A stretch of 64,000 bases of DNA from Candidatus Hydrogenedentota bacterium (lineage in GTDB: Bacteria; Hydrogenedentota; Hydrogenedentia; Hydrogenedentales; SLHB01), in the NCBI GenBank assembly GCA_045863335.1, contig BTVY01000043.1, positions 1-64,000 on the forward strand, read 5' to 3'. The notes beneath the pieces are model-generated. The model was not told where the DNA came from and made no database searches. It was given only the letters and a program-made list of their open reading frames with translations. Position numbers and translations under genes: made by a program. Position 1 is the stretch's first letter. Each line of letters starts with the position of its first letter. Below, one piece after another: positions 18,380 to 33,031 of the stretch.

Positions 18380-19957
18380 TTAAGGAGGACTATACAGTCC
18401 GGTTTGAAGCCGTTTGTAGATCCGCCGGGCATTGTCCCCACAGATGAGCCGCTTCTCTTCGTCGCTCACCTCGGCCAGGGTGACGCGCCCGAGTTCCCAG
18501 GCGAAATCGAACATGGGGAAGTCGGAGCCGTAGAGGACCTTGTCCGCGCCGACGAGGTCAATGAGTTTGCGGAGGGAACCGCGATGGGCGGCGGAGCCGC
18601 AGATATCGACGTAGAGGTTCGGCGTGGTGCGCACGCGCTCGTACAGGACAGGGCCCTCCCGGTCGACGCCGTTCCAGAGGCAGGCGTGGGCCATGATGAA
18701 GTTGGCGTTCGGGTATTGAAGGCATATGCCGTCCCAGTCGTCCTGGCCGCCGCCGTGGACGAGAATGGGGAGGTCGTTTTCGTTGGCGAAGGCGAGGCAC
18801 TTGGCGTAGCCGTGGTCGTGCAATTGCGCGCCGTGGAGATAGCAGTGCAGTTTGAGCCCGACGAAGTTCGATCCGGGGCGCAGGTAGCGGGTAAGGTCGG
18901 CGAGGCTGCCTTCGGGATCGTTCGGGTTGACGACGACGTACGCGTATAGCCGGTCCGGGTATTCCGCCACCCATTCCGCAGCTTCGTGATTCCCCGCGCG
19001 CGTTTCACCGTGGATAGCGGCGAAACTGCTGACGACAAAGGTATCGATGCCGCAGCGGTCCATGGATTGGATGAAGGCTGCGGGACTCTTGACGGGTGTG
19101 GTCGTCCGTTCCCAGGAGCCGCAATGGCCGTGCATGTCTATAACGGGCACGGGCGAGCGTGTAGCTTCGATGAGTAGCGGGGGCGTGGCGCTTTCGAAGG
19201 GATCGATGCGGAGGAGCCGTCGCGCGTTGCCGCCGGCCATGAGCTCCCAATCGGCGCGATCGATGCCTGCGGTCAAGGTCTGCGCGACGACGCACTCGGG
19301 CGCGCGACGGGGCAGTCCGGTGCCGAATAGAAAGCTTTCGGCAAAGCCTGCACCCGCGACGTGTTCGAACATATCGGGGGGAATGAAGGCGCTGAATTCG
19401 AAGGACACGTTTTCGGTCGAATAGAGCAAGCCGTCCACGGCGCGGGCGTCGCCCACGGTAACGCCGAGGATCACGATGTTGAGTTGCGGATACTGGTCGG
19501 CGAGGGTTTTGACGTTTCCCCAGGGAATGACGTTCTCCGGCCACTGCCGGATGCCGTAGTCCAGCAGGAGGGGGATCTCGGCCGCCTCCAGTTCGCGCAG
19601 GAGGGGTCCGACGCACCAATCTTCCAGGGGGTACAAACTATGACGCGGCACCATGCGCACGGCGTGAACGCCGCGTTCACGTGCGGTGTTGACCCAGGTT
19701 TCGGGGTCCGGCAGATCGCCTAGATATGAGGGCGCCATGATCCAGCAGTGATAGAGGTTGTCATGGCCGGCGAGGGCTTCGAGCAACAGTTCGTTGCCCA
19801 TCATGATATCGCCTTCGGCGGCGAGGGCGTGGTAAACGAGGGCTTCGCCGATGCCGAGGCGTTTAAGTTCGGCTTGCAGGGCATCCGCGTTGTCGAAGCT
19901 GCCGCCGACAGGTTGGGCGAACCGTCCGAGGGCGACGTTGATATCGAGAAGTGCCAT
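18380..19957 (-). CDS. Amidohydrolase_2 family protein with two tandem TIM-barrel domains
   Basis: C-domain DMHGH, KLH, VHG, AH, GSDFP; N-domain homologous but with DINVA and GTGLP. Confidence 0.85.
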   Translation of the reverse strand: MALLDINVALGRFAQPVGGSFDNADALQAELKRLGIGEALVYHALAAEGDIMMGNELLLEALAGHDNLYHCWIMAPSYLGDLPDPETWVNTARERGVHAVRMVPRHSLYPLEDWCVGPLLRELEAAEIPLLLDYGIRQWPENVIPWGNVKTLADQYPQLNIVILGVTVGDARAVDGLLYSTENVSFEFSAFIPPDMFEHVAGAGFAESFLFGTGLPRRAPECVVAQTLTAGIDRADWELMAGGNARRLLRIDPFESATPPLLIEATRSPVPVIDMHGHCGSWERTTTPVKSPAAFIQSMDRCGIDTFVVSSFAAIHGETRAGNHEAAEWVAEYPDRLYAYVVVNPNDPEGSLADLTRYLRPGSNFVGLKLHCYLHGAQLHDHGYAKCLAFANENDLPILVHGGGQDDWDGICLQYPNANFIMAHACLWNGVDREGPVLYERVRTTPNLYVDICGSAAHRGSLRKLIDLVGADKVLYGSDFPMFDFAWELGRVTLAEVSDEEKRLICGDNARRIYKRLQTGLYSPP

Positions 19958-20038
19958 GGGCCTCCTGTTGGTGTGCCGTTGCCGGTCAATGCAATCAAGC
20001 TAGCATGGGGGTGGGAACGGCAGCAAACGGTGGGGGGG

Positions 20039-20159
20039 ATAGGACCTATGGGACATATAGGACCTATAGGACAAACACGCCGCGGGATTGGGGCAAACGT
20101 CTCATTCGTCCGGCGAGGCCTTTATGTCCTATTCGTCCTTTGGGTCCTATACGTCCTAT
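20039..20159. repeat. 9-bp tandem repeats (ATAGGACCT-like) in two inverted blocks
   Basis: 4 copies at 20039-20073, 4 reverse-complement copies at 20125-20159. Confidence 0.8.
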
Positions 20160-20311
20160 TGCGATTCCGCATTCGCTATTCATTGCTTGGCGTGATCTAT
20201 AATCGCTCCTTGAGTGCCGGGCCGGGTGTGAGGCTCGCACGAAGGGCGAAAGCTGGCGCGTGGTTCTTGAATCTTCGTCACTATGAGGACCTCGGGGAGG
20301 AGTCGAATTCG

Positions 20312-21652
20312 ATGGCTGAGAAATCACGGGCGAAATCTACACACCGGCACGCGTTAAGCCGCCGCCAATTCTTGAAGCGCAGCGCGGCGGGAACTGCGGC
20401 CGCGATTGCCGCACCGAACATCATCACGTCGTCCGCCTTGGGTGCGGAAGGGGCCGCCCCGGCGAGCGAGCGGCTGGTGCTTGGCATGATTGGCATGGGC
20501 AAGATGATGGGAGGGCACGTGGGCGGCTTCCTTGGAAGGCCGCAGTGCCAGATCGTGGCGATCTGCGATGTGGAGACGCGGCGGCTGGACGCGCAGGAGA
20601 CGCGGATCAACGAGTTCTACGCGCAGCGCGACGGGCAGGGATCGTACCAGGGTTGCGATGTGTACGGCGACTACCGGGAGTTGCTCGCGCGGGACGATGT
20701 CGACGCGGTGGTGATTGCGACGCCGGAGCATTGGCACGCGCTGAACGTTATCGAGGCCGCCAAGAACGGCAAGGACATCTATTGCGAAAAGCCGCTGTGT
20801 CACACGATCGAAGAAGCGCAGGCCATGGTGAAGGCGGTACGCCGTTATGGCTGCGTATTCCAGACGGGGAGTCAGCAGCGATCGAGCCGGGAGTTCCGGG
20901 TGGCGTGCGAACTGGTCCGCAACGGCCACATCGGCAAGGTGCACACGGTTCACGTCAACGTTGGCGGGCCGCCAAGCGACTGCTACCTGCCCGCCGAACC
21001 CACGCCGGAAACCTTGAACTGGGATATGTGGCTGGGTCCGGCGCCGTATCGTCCATACAACTCCGATATTGCGCCGCCGATGGAGTACGAAGGCTGGCCG
21101 AACTGGCGCGAGTATCGCGACTATTCCGGCGGAATGATGTGCGACTGGGGGGCGCATCATTTCGACATCGCCCAATGGGGGCTCGGCATGGACGGGACCG
21201 GTCCGGTGGAAATCTACGCGCCAGGCACGGGAGGATACGAACGTCTCACGTACGTGTACGCGAACGGGGTCGTGATGCATCACGGCGGGGGTTCCGGCGG
21301 GCGCGCGGGCGTGGAGTTCATCGGGAGCGAAGGCCGCGTGATGGTCAATCGCGGTTATATCGAAACCGACCCGGTATCGATTCTCGAAACGCCGCTCAGG
21401 CCGGACGACATTCACCTTTACCACAGCGACAATCATCACGACGACTGGCTCAATGCCATCCGCACGCGGACCAAACCGATCTGCGACGTGGAAGTCGGCG
21501 CGAGTTCGATCACCGTGTGCCACTTGGGCAATACCGCGTACCGGCTCAAGCGGCCGTTGAAGTGGGACCCGGTGGCTGCGCGGTACGTGGACGATGAAGA
21601 AGCGAACCGGACCCTCGCGCGCCCCATGCGCAGCCCCTGGACGCTGACATGA
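20312..21652 (+). CDS. Tat-exported Gfo/Idh/MocA oxidoreductase
   Basis: SRRQFL, GMGKMM, PEHWH, CEKP, DWGAHHFD; GGAGG RBS. Confidence 0.93.
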   Translation: MAEKSRAKSTHRHALSRRQFLKRSAAGTAAAIAAPNIITSSALGAEGAAPASERLVLGMIGMGKMMGGHVGGFLGRPQCQIVAICDVETRRLDAQETRINEFYAQRDGQGSYQGCDVYGDYRELLARDDVDAVVIATPEHWHALNVIEAAKNGKDIYCEKPLCHTIEEAQAMVKAVRRYGCVFQTGSQQRSSREFRVACELVRNGHIGKVHTVHVNVGGPPSDCYLPAEPTPETLNWDMWLGPAPYRPYNSDIAPPMEYEGWPNWREYRDYSGGMMCDWGAHHFDIAQWGLGMDGTGPVEIYAPGTGGYERLTYVYANGVVMHHGGGSGGRAGVEFIGSEGRVMVNRGYIETDPVSILETPLRPDDIHLYHSDNHHDDWLNAIRTRTKPICDVEVGASSITVCHLGNTAYRLKRPLKWDPVAARYVDDEEANRTLARPMRSPWTLT

Positions 21653-21705
21653 CGGGCGAGTCGATGTCGTCGAGCATCGGGGGACGAGATTTGAGGGAGA
21701 ACATC

Positions 21706-24700
21706 ATGAAACGCCGAGTTTCGTTTGTATTGAGTTTCTGCGTTGCGGTCGCGGTTGCGACGGGTGCGGCTTACGCGCAGAAGCCTGAAGAGGTCGCCAA
21801 TGTGGAAAAGGCCATACCGGCCAAGGCGCGGGTGGAGCCTGCCCAAGCGCGCAAGTTGCTGGTCTTTACGCTGTGCAACGGATTTGTTCACAGCTCGATT
21901 CCCATCGGCACCCACGCCATCATGCGCATGGGGGAGAAGACGGGCGCGTACACGGCGGTGCACAGCGAAGACCCGGCCATGTTCGCGCCGGACAAGTTGG
22001 CGGAGTTCGATGCGGTTTGCATGCTGAATACGACCGGCGAACTCTTCGAAGATCCCGCGCTCAAGCAGAGCCTGATCGACTTCATCAAGAGCGGCAAGGG
22101 ACTCGTGGGGATTCACGCTGCCACTGACTGCTTTTATCAGTGGGCCGATTACGGTCAGATGATTGGCGGATACTTCAACGGGCATCCCTGGAACGCGGGC
22201 GACACCGTGACACTGAAGATTGACGACCCCATACACCCGGTGAACCGGGCCTTCCACGGACACGGGTTCAGCATCATGGACGAGATCTACCAGTTCCACG
22301 ATGAACCTTATTCGCGTGACATGCTGCGGGTTCTGCTCAGTCTCGACACCGATAAGACCGACATGACGAAGGAGAGCATCAAGCGCACGGACGGCGACTT
22401 CGCCGTGGCGTGGGTGCGGCAGTATGGCGAGGGCCGAGTGTTTTACTGCTCCCTGGGTCACAATGAAAAGACGTACTGGAATCCGAAGGTCGCCCAGCAT
22501 TATCTCGACGGCATTCAATTCGCCCTCGGCGATCTCGAGGCCGACACGACGCCGAGCGCGGCCTTGCCCGCGGACTACCTTGCCAACGCCGAAGGCGAAG
22601 TGCTCGACAACATCTTTGATGAGATCGCTGCGTGGGAACCGGGAAAGGACGCGTCGGGTCTGGGACTCGTGACGGACATGGTCGTGCAATCCCACGGCGA
22701 TGAGGCGACGCGGGACCAGCTCGAACGACGATTGGACGACGTGCTTGCGTCGGAAGATGCGACCTTTGATGGAAAGCAGTACGCGGCGAAGCAGCTCTAC
22801 ATCATGGGCACGCGTGATTCGGTGAGGGTGCTGGCCGAACTGATGATCGATCCGGAGCAGTCGGACCATGCCCGCTACGCGCTCGAGCGTATGGAACCGG
22901 GGCGCGCAGACGTGGCGTTGAAGGATGCGCTCGAACAAACCGAAGGCGCAGTACGCATCGGAATCATCAACACGATCGGAGAACGCGGGAACGCGCGGTC
23001 CGTGATCGACCTCGCGCGGTTCACTGCGAACGACAATGAGGAGACGGCTCGCGCGGCGATTGTGGCCGTAGGCAAGATCGGCGGCCGGGAAGCGGCAGCG
23101 GTTCTGAAGAACACCGCCACGCGGGCCACGGAGTCGCTCGTGCTCGCGGTCAACGATGCGCTCCTGGAATGCGCGGATGGCCTGCTCGAATCCGGCGACG
23201 CGGAAGCGGCCGCGACCATTTACACGCAGTTGTATGCAGCCGATGCGCCGCAGGTGACCCGCCTTGCCGCGATTCAGGGGATTGCGCTGTCCAAAGGTGA
23301 GCAGGCTATACCGGTCCTCCTCGAGGCGCTGGCGGGGGACGACGCGTCGATCCGATCGAGCGCGGCGTTCGCTGCGCAACGGGTTCAAGGAGAGGGCGCC
23401 ACCGAAGATCTTGCCGAAGCGCTCGGGGAACTTCCTATGCCGGGGAAGGCGCTGCTCATCGGCGCATTGAAGGAACGCGGCGATGCCGCGGCATTGCCCG
23501 CCGTAACGAGTGCTCTAGAGGATGGCGACGCGACCGTGCGACTCGCGGCGCTGGAAGCGATTGGCGTCTTGGGCAACGCCGGTGCGGTCGCGCAGCTCGC
23601 GAATATTGCGGCCGGCGCGTCCGGCGAGGAGCAGCAAGCGGCGCGAAAGGCATTGACGTTGCTGAAGGGAAGCGATGTGAATGGCGCGATTGCCGAAGCG
23701 TTGGCGTCCGCGGGCGACGGTGCACGTGTTGAATTGGTCCGGGCGCTGGGAGCGCGCTATGCGGACGATGCCATACCGGCGCTTCTTGCTGCGGCCAAAG
23801 ACGAGAATGAAGGTGTCCGCATGCAGGCATTTGCTTCCCTTGGGATGTTGGCCGGCGGCGAACAGCTTCCGGCGCTTGTCGACCTGCTCGTGGCGGAGCC
23901 GTCCGAAAGCGCGCGCGCGGAGGCGGAACGCGCCGTGGTGGCCGCGCTCGGTCGTGGCGGTGATGCGTCGTCCAACGCGTCGACCGTGTTGAACGCCTAC
24001 GCGGCAGCGCTGGATAACGTGCCCGTTCAAGCGTCGCTCATCCGAGTGCTTGGAAATATCGTCGACGATGCGTCCTTGAAAGCGCTTCGCGATGCCGCAC
24101 GCTCCCGGAACCTCGAGGTGCAGAAGGCGGCGGTCCGCTCCCTGTCCGGTTGGCCGAACGCGACGCCAGCCGGGGAATTGTTGGAAGTGGTACGGGAAAC
24201 CAAGGACACGGGATTGGCCGAAAGCGCACTGCGGGGGTATCTGAGCCTCATCGAACTGCCTTCTCAACGTTCGTCTGAGGAGAACGTGGACGCGTATTCC
24301 GCGGCCTTTGCGACTGCGGCCAGCGCCGACGCATTGAAACTTGTGCTGGCCAGTATCGGGAAGCAGACGGACGGCGCGTTGGCGAAGTTGGTTGCCCCCT
24401 ACCTGGGCGACGATGCCGTGAAGGCTGAAGCAGCGACGGCGATGAAGAACTTGCAGCAGACGGCATACACGATTTTCGCGTCGAATAACGAAGGCGAGGC
24501 AGGCAAAGCATTGGATGGCGATCCCTCGACGCGATGGACAACCGGCCAGGTGCAGCGGGATGGCCAGTGGTTTACCATCGACATCGGATGGGAAGCGACA
24601 GTAACCAAGGTAACGCTGGATGCCGAGGCGTCTCCGGGGGACTACCCGCGGGGATACGAGGCATACCTGTCGGCGGATGGCGAAACCTGGGGCGAACCTG

Positions 24701-24840
24701 TTGCGAAAGGCGCAGGAACGGGTCCCGTGACGGAAATTGCGTTCTTGCCTACGACGGGCCGTTACGTGAAGATCGTTCAGACGGGTTCGACCGACGGACT
24801 TTGGTGGTCCATCCACGAGTTGTCCATCGAAACCCAGTAA
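21706..24840 (+). CDS. Secreted ThuA-like domain + HEAT repeats + F5/8 type C (discoidin/CBM32-like) protein
   Basis: GFVHSSI, GIHAA, DEIY, GRVFYCSLGH; Ala/Leu-rich HEAT repeats; ALDGDPSTRW...GRYVKI. Confidence 0.88.
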   Translation: MKRRVSFVLSFCVAVAVATGAAYAQKPEEVANVEKAIPAKARVEPAQARKLLVFTLCNGFVHSSIPIGTHAIMRMGEKTGAYTAVHSEDPAMFAPDKLAEFDAVCMLNTTGELFEDPALKQSLIDFIKSGKGLVGIHAATDCFYQWADYGQMIGGYFNGHPWNAGDTVTLKIDDPIHPVNRAFHGHGFSIMDEIYQFHDEPYSRDMLRVLLSLDTDKTDMTKESIKRTDGDFAVAWVRQYGEGRVFYCSLGHNEKTYWNPKVAQHYLDGIQFALGDLEADTTPSAALPADYLANAEGEVLDNIFDEIAAWEPGKDASGLGLVTDMVVQSHGDEATRDQLERRLDDVLASEDATFDGKQYAAKQLYIMGTRDSVRVLAELMIDPEQSDHARYALERMEPGRADVALKDALEQTEGAVRIGIINTIGERGNARSVIDLARFTANDNEETARAAIVAVGKIGGREAAAVLKNTATRATESLVLAVNDALLECADGLLESGDAEAAATIYTQLYAADAPQVTRLAAIQGIALSKGEQAIPVLLEALAGDDASIRSSAAFAAQRVQGEGATEDLAEALGELPMPGKALLIGALKERGDAAALPAVTSALEDGDATVRLAALEAIGVLGNAGAVAQLANIAAGASGEEQQAARKALTLLKGSDVNGAIAEALASAGDGARVELVRALGARYADDAIPALLAAAKDENEGVRMQAFASLGMLAGGEQLPALVDLLVAEPSESARAEAERAVVAALGRGGDASSNASTVLNAYAAALDNVPVQASLIRVLGNIVDDASLKALRDAARSRNLEVQKAAVRSLSGWPNATPAGELLEVVRETKDTGLAESALRGYLSLIELPSQRSSEENVDAYSAAFATAASADALKLVLASIGKQTDGALAKLVAPYLGDDAVKAEAATAMKNLQQTAYTIFASNNEGEAGKALDGDPSTRWTTGQVQRDGQWFTIDIGWEATVTKVTLDAEASPGDYPRGYEAYLSADGETWGEPVAKGAGTGPVTEIAFLPTTGRYVKIVQTGSTDGLWWSIHELSIETQ

Positions 24841-24905
24841 CTTGACGTTGTTCCTCTCGTGCGTTGAGGGGTGTATGCAAGGCTAATCAAACGGAAGGAA
24901 TATTC

Positions 24906-25736
24906 ATGTCTGATCTCTTGAAAGACCAGGTGGCGATTGTGACCGGATCGGGCCGGGGCATCGGTGCGGCGACCGTCAAGATGATGGCGGCGGAGGGTGC
25001 TAGGGTTGTCGTCAGCGACCTCGATGGGGGCCCTGCGGAAGCGGTGGTTGATGAGATTAAGGAGGCCGGGGGAGAGGCCATTGCGGTTCCCGGCGATGTG
25101 ACGGACCCTGCGTTTCCCGAGGCCTTGATGAAGGCGACGGTCGAATCCTTTGGGAAGATCACGATCCTCGTAAATAACGCGGGCTACACGTGGGACGGCG
25201 TGATTCATAAGATGACCGATCCGCAGTGGAGCGCGATTGTCGACGTACACCTGACGGCGCCGTTCCGCATGATCCGCGCGACCGTTCCCTATATGCGCGA
25301 CGCCGCGAAAGCGGAGATGGCCGCGGGTAACAAGCCGTCTTCGCGATGCATCATTAATGTTTCGTCCACCTCGGGGCTGCACGGGAACGCGGGGCAAATC
25401 AACTACGCTGCGGCCAAGATGGGCATCGTTGGCATGACCAAGACGGTGGCCCGGGAATGGGGCAATTTCAATATCCGCTGCAACGCGGTTGCTTTCGGCA
25501 CCATCGAAACCCGGTTGATCCAGGCGAAGGAGCAGGGGGAGACGATCACGGTAGACGGCGAAGAGATTGCGATCGGCATTCCGCAACAGATGCGCGACAT
25601 GCTGACCATGATGATTCCACTGGGCCGGACGGCTACTCCAGAAGAAGCGGCGGGGGGGATTCTTTTGTTGGCTTCGCCGTATGCGTCCTACATCACGGGG
25701 CATACGCTCGAGGTGACGGGAGGATATGGCATCTAG
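24906..25736 (+). CDS. SDR family oxidoreductase (3-oxoacyl-ACP reductase-like)
   Basis: TGSGRGIG, NNAG, YAAAK. Confidence 0.93.
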   Translation: MSDLLKDQVAIVTGSGRGIGAATVKMMAAEGARVVVSDLDGGPAEAVVDEIKEAGGEAIAVPGDVTDPAFPEALMKATVESFGKITILVNNAGYTWDGVIHKMTDPQWSAIVDVHLTAPFRMIRATVPYMRDAAKAEMAAGNKPSSRCIINVSSTSGLHGNAGQINYAAAKMGIVGMTKTVAREWGNFNIRCNAVAFGTIETRLIQAKEQGETITVDGEEIAIGIPQQMRDMLTMMIPLGRTATPEEAAGGILLLASPYASYITGHTLEVTGGYGI

Positions 25737-25881
25737 CGCCTCCGTAAACCCCGCAGATGCATAGCATTTTCCTTGTGGCCATGCAGAATCACTCAATTGG
25801 TGGTATGCTTAGGTCGAGTGGGGTCGTAGAGCGGTCCGTCGTTCTCCCGGAGCGACACCGAAAACCGAAGAGGGCGCTGCA

Positions 25882-26319
25882 ATGGACATGGAGAAAGTGC
25901 GGGAGGTTATCCTGCAGGTCCCAGTGATTCATTCTCTCCCGGGTGATCTCAACGAGAAAATAGCTGATGTGATCATCGATATCGGTGACGTGCGCCGCGT
26001 TGCCGAGGGACAGGTGATGACCCGAGAGAACAAGCATGGCAAGAACCGGGGGTTCGTTCTCTTGAAGGGTGTCATCGGGATCCAGAAAGCGGACATGCCG
26101 TATAGCAAATGCCGGCCGCCGGAACTCCTTGGCGAAGTCATGCAGTTCAATCCGAAGGGCATGCGCACGGCGACCTTGACCGCCCGCGAAGAGTGCTGGG
26201 TCATCCGGTTTGAGTGGAACGAATTCTGGAACACGCTCATGTCCAACTTCAGCGAATCCGAAGTCGCCACGGTGCGTGAGACGCTCGAAGACCGGGCCTG
26301 GGAGCATTTCACCGCGTAG
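25882..26319 (+). CDS. Stand-alone cyclic nucleotide-binding domain protein
   Basis: LLKG, LLGE...RTATLTA phosphate-binding cassette; no HTH. Confidence 0.75.
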   Translation: MDMEKVREVILQVPVIHSLPGDLNEKIADVIIDIGDVRRVAEGQVMTRENKHGKNRGFVLLKGVIGIQKADMPYSKCRPPELLGEVMQFNPKGMRTATLTAREECWVIRFEWNEFWNTLMSNFSESEVATVRETLEDRAWEHFTA

Positions 26320-26521
26320 TACCGTCCTCGGTTTGGGTGGACTCGCCAAGACGATAACCCTGCGTCTTCTGACCGGGAATCCGCGGCCGCCTTTGAAGGC
26401 GTCGCGACGGTTCCCCCCTTCATTTCCTGCACGTCCAAACGTCGGAGCGCAATGTGCCGGGAACCCCGTGCCGGTAGTCGCGCGCGTTGCGAACGAATTC
26501 CATTTTGGCGTTGAAAGAGCC

Positions 26522-26550
26522 TTGACTCGGACGCGAGTATACGCCAGAAT
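26522..26550 (+). promoter_or_regulatory. sigma70-type promoter
   Basis: TTGACT-17 bp-CAGAAT about 95 bp upstream of the kinase start. Confidence 0.55.
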
Positions 26551-26643
26551 TAGGATGCTGCTAATCCTGTGGGGGTATTTGCTGCCACTGGCAGGACCAG
26601 CTACGCGTCCCTATCTTACCACTGCACGGCGACGGGGCCGGGA

Positions 26644-30945
<4,302 letters not shown>

Positions 30946-30995
30946 TCTCGCGACAACGCGTGTTCCGTTGGTTACGCGGATCGAAAGGAGAACGT

Positions 30996-32003
30996 ATGAT
31001 CGCGCTGTACAAACCAAACGAGCAGCATGACGAGGGCAGGGAGCCGCGACAGGTGGCGAAGTGCGCCGCCGGTTCCATAACCCGCCGACCCATGCGCCGA
31101 CGAGAGTTTTTTCGGTATGCCGCATCCGTCGTCGGGGGAGCGGCCTTCGCCGAATATGTGGCGGGGGGATCGTTGACGAATGCATGGGCGGATAACCCGC
31201 CGGAAGACGCCGCCGCGGAAGACGAACCCTTCGCGGGGTATAACCTGATGTTATATGTATACGGAGACTTTACGTGCAACCAACTGTTTACCACGCCGTT
31301 CGGCGAGTTCGCCGATGAGATTGAGGGAAAGGTGCGCGCGGCCGTTGCGGAAGGGCTCATTGCGGAGGAGAATGCGAACCGCATCGGCGATCTCTTGGGC
31401 ACATTGAAATCGGCGGCTCCCACTATCAAAGCGAAAGACATGTACTTGCTTGACGGTTCGTCTCTCGCGAATCCCGAAGATTTCGATGCCGTCCGGGATT
31501 TGTGCCAGCAAATCGATCAACTCGGATTGCTGTTGCCGTTTGCGTATCAGCAGGCCGGCCCGAATGGCGAGATCCTGGACAATGCCAAGATCGCGTTTCA
31601 CGAAAGGCAGGATGAGAGCATGATATCGAGCCAGGGCGTCGGCGAAGAGACGCTCCGCAGTTTGTACACGACGGCTTTCGTCAAGGACGAGGACGGCAGG
31701 ATTGCTCAGGAGCATGCCCGATTTCGCGCCATTACGCGGGCGAAGAAGGGCGGTGTATTTGGTCCAAAGCCTCAAATGGGCGAGAGGGTTTTTGCGGCAT
31801 TCAGCCAAGCGTATTTGAGCGCGGTGAAAGGCAACAGCCGCGCGTGCAGCATGGAAGCCTGCGAACCAGGTCAGATCGAGTGCTGCGTTCCCTGCGCCAA
31901 CCCCGAATACTATTGCGGCATGGACCCCTTCGGAGAGTGCGTGGCTACCAGCGATCTCTACGACTCTACGTGCGCGCCGGGCGAACAAAGCGCGGAGCGG
32001 TAG
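30996..32003 (+). CDS. Hypothetical Tat-signal protein with Cys-rich C-terminus
   Basis: AAGGAG RBS before ATG 30996 (alternative 31092); RRREFF + hydrophobic stretch + AWA; 8 Cys in last ~52 aa. Confidence 0.75.
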   Translation: MIALYKPNEQHDEGREPRQVAKCAAGSITRRPMRRREFFRYAASVVGGAAFAEYVAGGSLTNAWADNPPEDAAAEDEPFAGYNLMLYVYGDFTCNQLFTTPFGEFADEIEGKVRAAVAEGLIAEENANRIGDLLGTLKSAAPTIKAKDMYLLDGSSLANPEDFDAVRDLCQQIDQLGLLLPFAYQQAGPNGEILDNAKIAFHERQDESMISSQGVGEETLRSLYTTAFVKDEDGRIAQEHARFRAITRAKKGGVFGPKPQMGERVFAAFSQAYLSAVKGNSRACSMEACEPGQIECCVPCANPEYYCGMDPFGECVATSDLYDSTCAPGEQSAER

Positions 32004-32122
32004 AATGTGCCACGACCTTGAACGGCGCGGGACTTCCGCCTAAGCTCGTTTCGCTGGGCGGCGATGGTATTGGCGAGCGGCGCGCGGCGTTTCGCTTGGG
32101 TTGGAATGTAGAAGGGCAATAG

Positions 32123-32884
32123 ATGTTTCGATCGTTCGTGCGCGCAAACCAGCGCGTTTGCCGCCGGATCGCGCCCCGGCTTCCGCAGGCCCGGATCCGG
32201 TTCGAGGATCTCTACGTTGACCGCGTGGCCGAGCGCATGAACGCGGCGCCGGGGCAGACGGTTGTCGATGTGGGGGGAGGAAAGTCCTGCCGCTTCGCGC
32301 ACCGGCGGGATCCGCGACTCGGCACGCGCATTATTTGCGTTGACGTGGCGGAAGCGGAGATGGCGCCGAATCAGGACGTCGATGAGAAGCGGGTCGGCGA
32401 CATCATGCAGGGCCTGCCCTTCGACGACGGGACGGTGGACCTCGTGGTATCGCGATCGGTGCTCGAACACCTGGAGTCGCAGGAGCAGTTTGCCGACGCC
32501 GCGTACCGCGCGCTGAAACCCGGCGGGTACTCAATCCATTTCTTTCCGTGCAAATTTGCGCCCTTCGCGGTGATCAATCAGCTTCTGCCCAACCGCGTAT
32601 CCAAGGCGTTGCTACACGGGATCTTCGAGGGGAAGGAAGGCATCCTGGGGTTTCCGGCGTGTTATGACAAGACCTACTACTCCGCGTACACGCGGCTCCT
32701 CGAAGCGAAGCAATTCCAGATCGAGCGCATCGATATCTCGTATTCGCAGTCCGGTTATTTCAGTTTTTTTCTTCCGTGTTTTCTCGTCAGTGCGCTTTAC
32801 GAAATGGTCGTCATGGCGCTCGGGATCCAGAATCTCTGCGCGTATATGATTGTCGTGGCCCGCAAAGACCCCGCAACCGGTTAA
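32123..32884 (+). CDS. Class I SAM-dependent methyltransferase (Methyltransf_11-like)
   Basis: VVDVGGG, LPFDDGTVDLV, VLEH, LKPGG. Confidence 0.9.
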   Translation: MFRSFVRANQRVCRRIAPRLPQARIRFEDLYVDRVAERMNAAPGQTVVDVGGGKSCRFAHRRDPRLGTRIICVDVAEAEMAPNQDVDEKRVGDIMQGLPFDDGTVDLVVSRSVLEHLESQEQFADAAYRALKPGGYSIHFFPCKFAPFAVINQLLPNRVSKALLHGIFEGKEGILGFPACYDKTYYSAYTRLLEAKQFQIERIDISYSQSGYFSFFLPCFLVSALYEMVVMALGIQNLCAYMIVVARKDPATG

Positions 32885-33031
32885 TCGGCACGGGCGGTGG
32901 TGTTTCCGCTTCGTTTGGTGCCAGAGCCTTAAATCCGTATACTGCTTATTCCCCGTGTTTGGGGGGCCGTAATGTGCCGGGTTCTTCAGGAATCCTGCAC
33001 CAACCAGTACTTTTCCGGGAGGACCTGAGGA

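Noticed and set aside
19748-20311. N-terminal extension of ORF 19748-21652
   Set aside because: Overlaps the opposite-strand gene and repeats; RBS and Tat signal place the start at 20312
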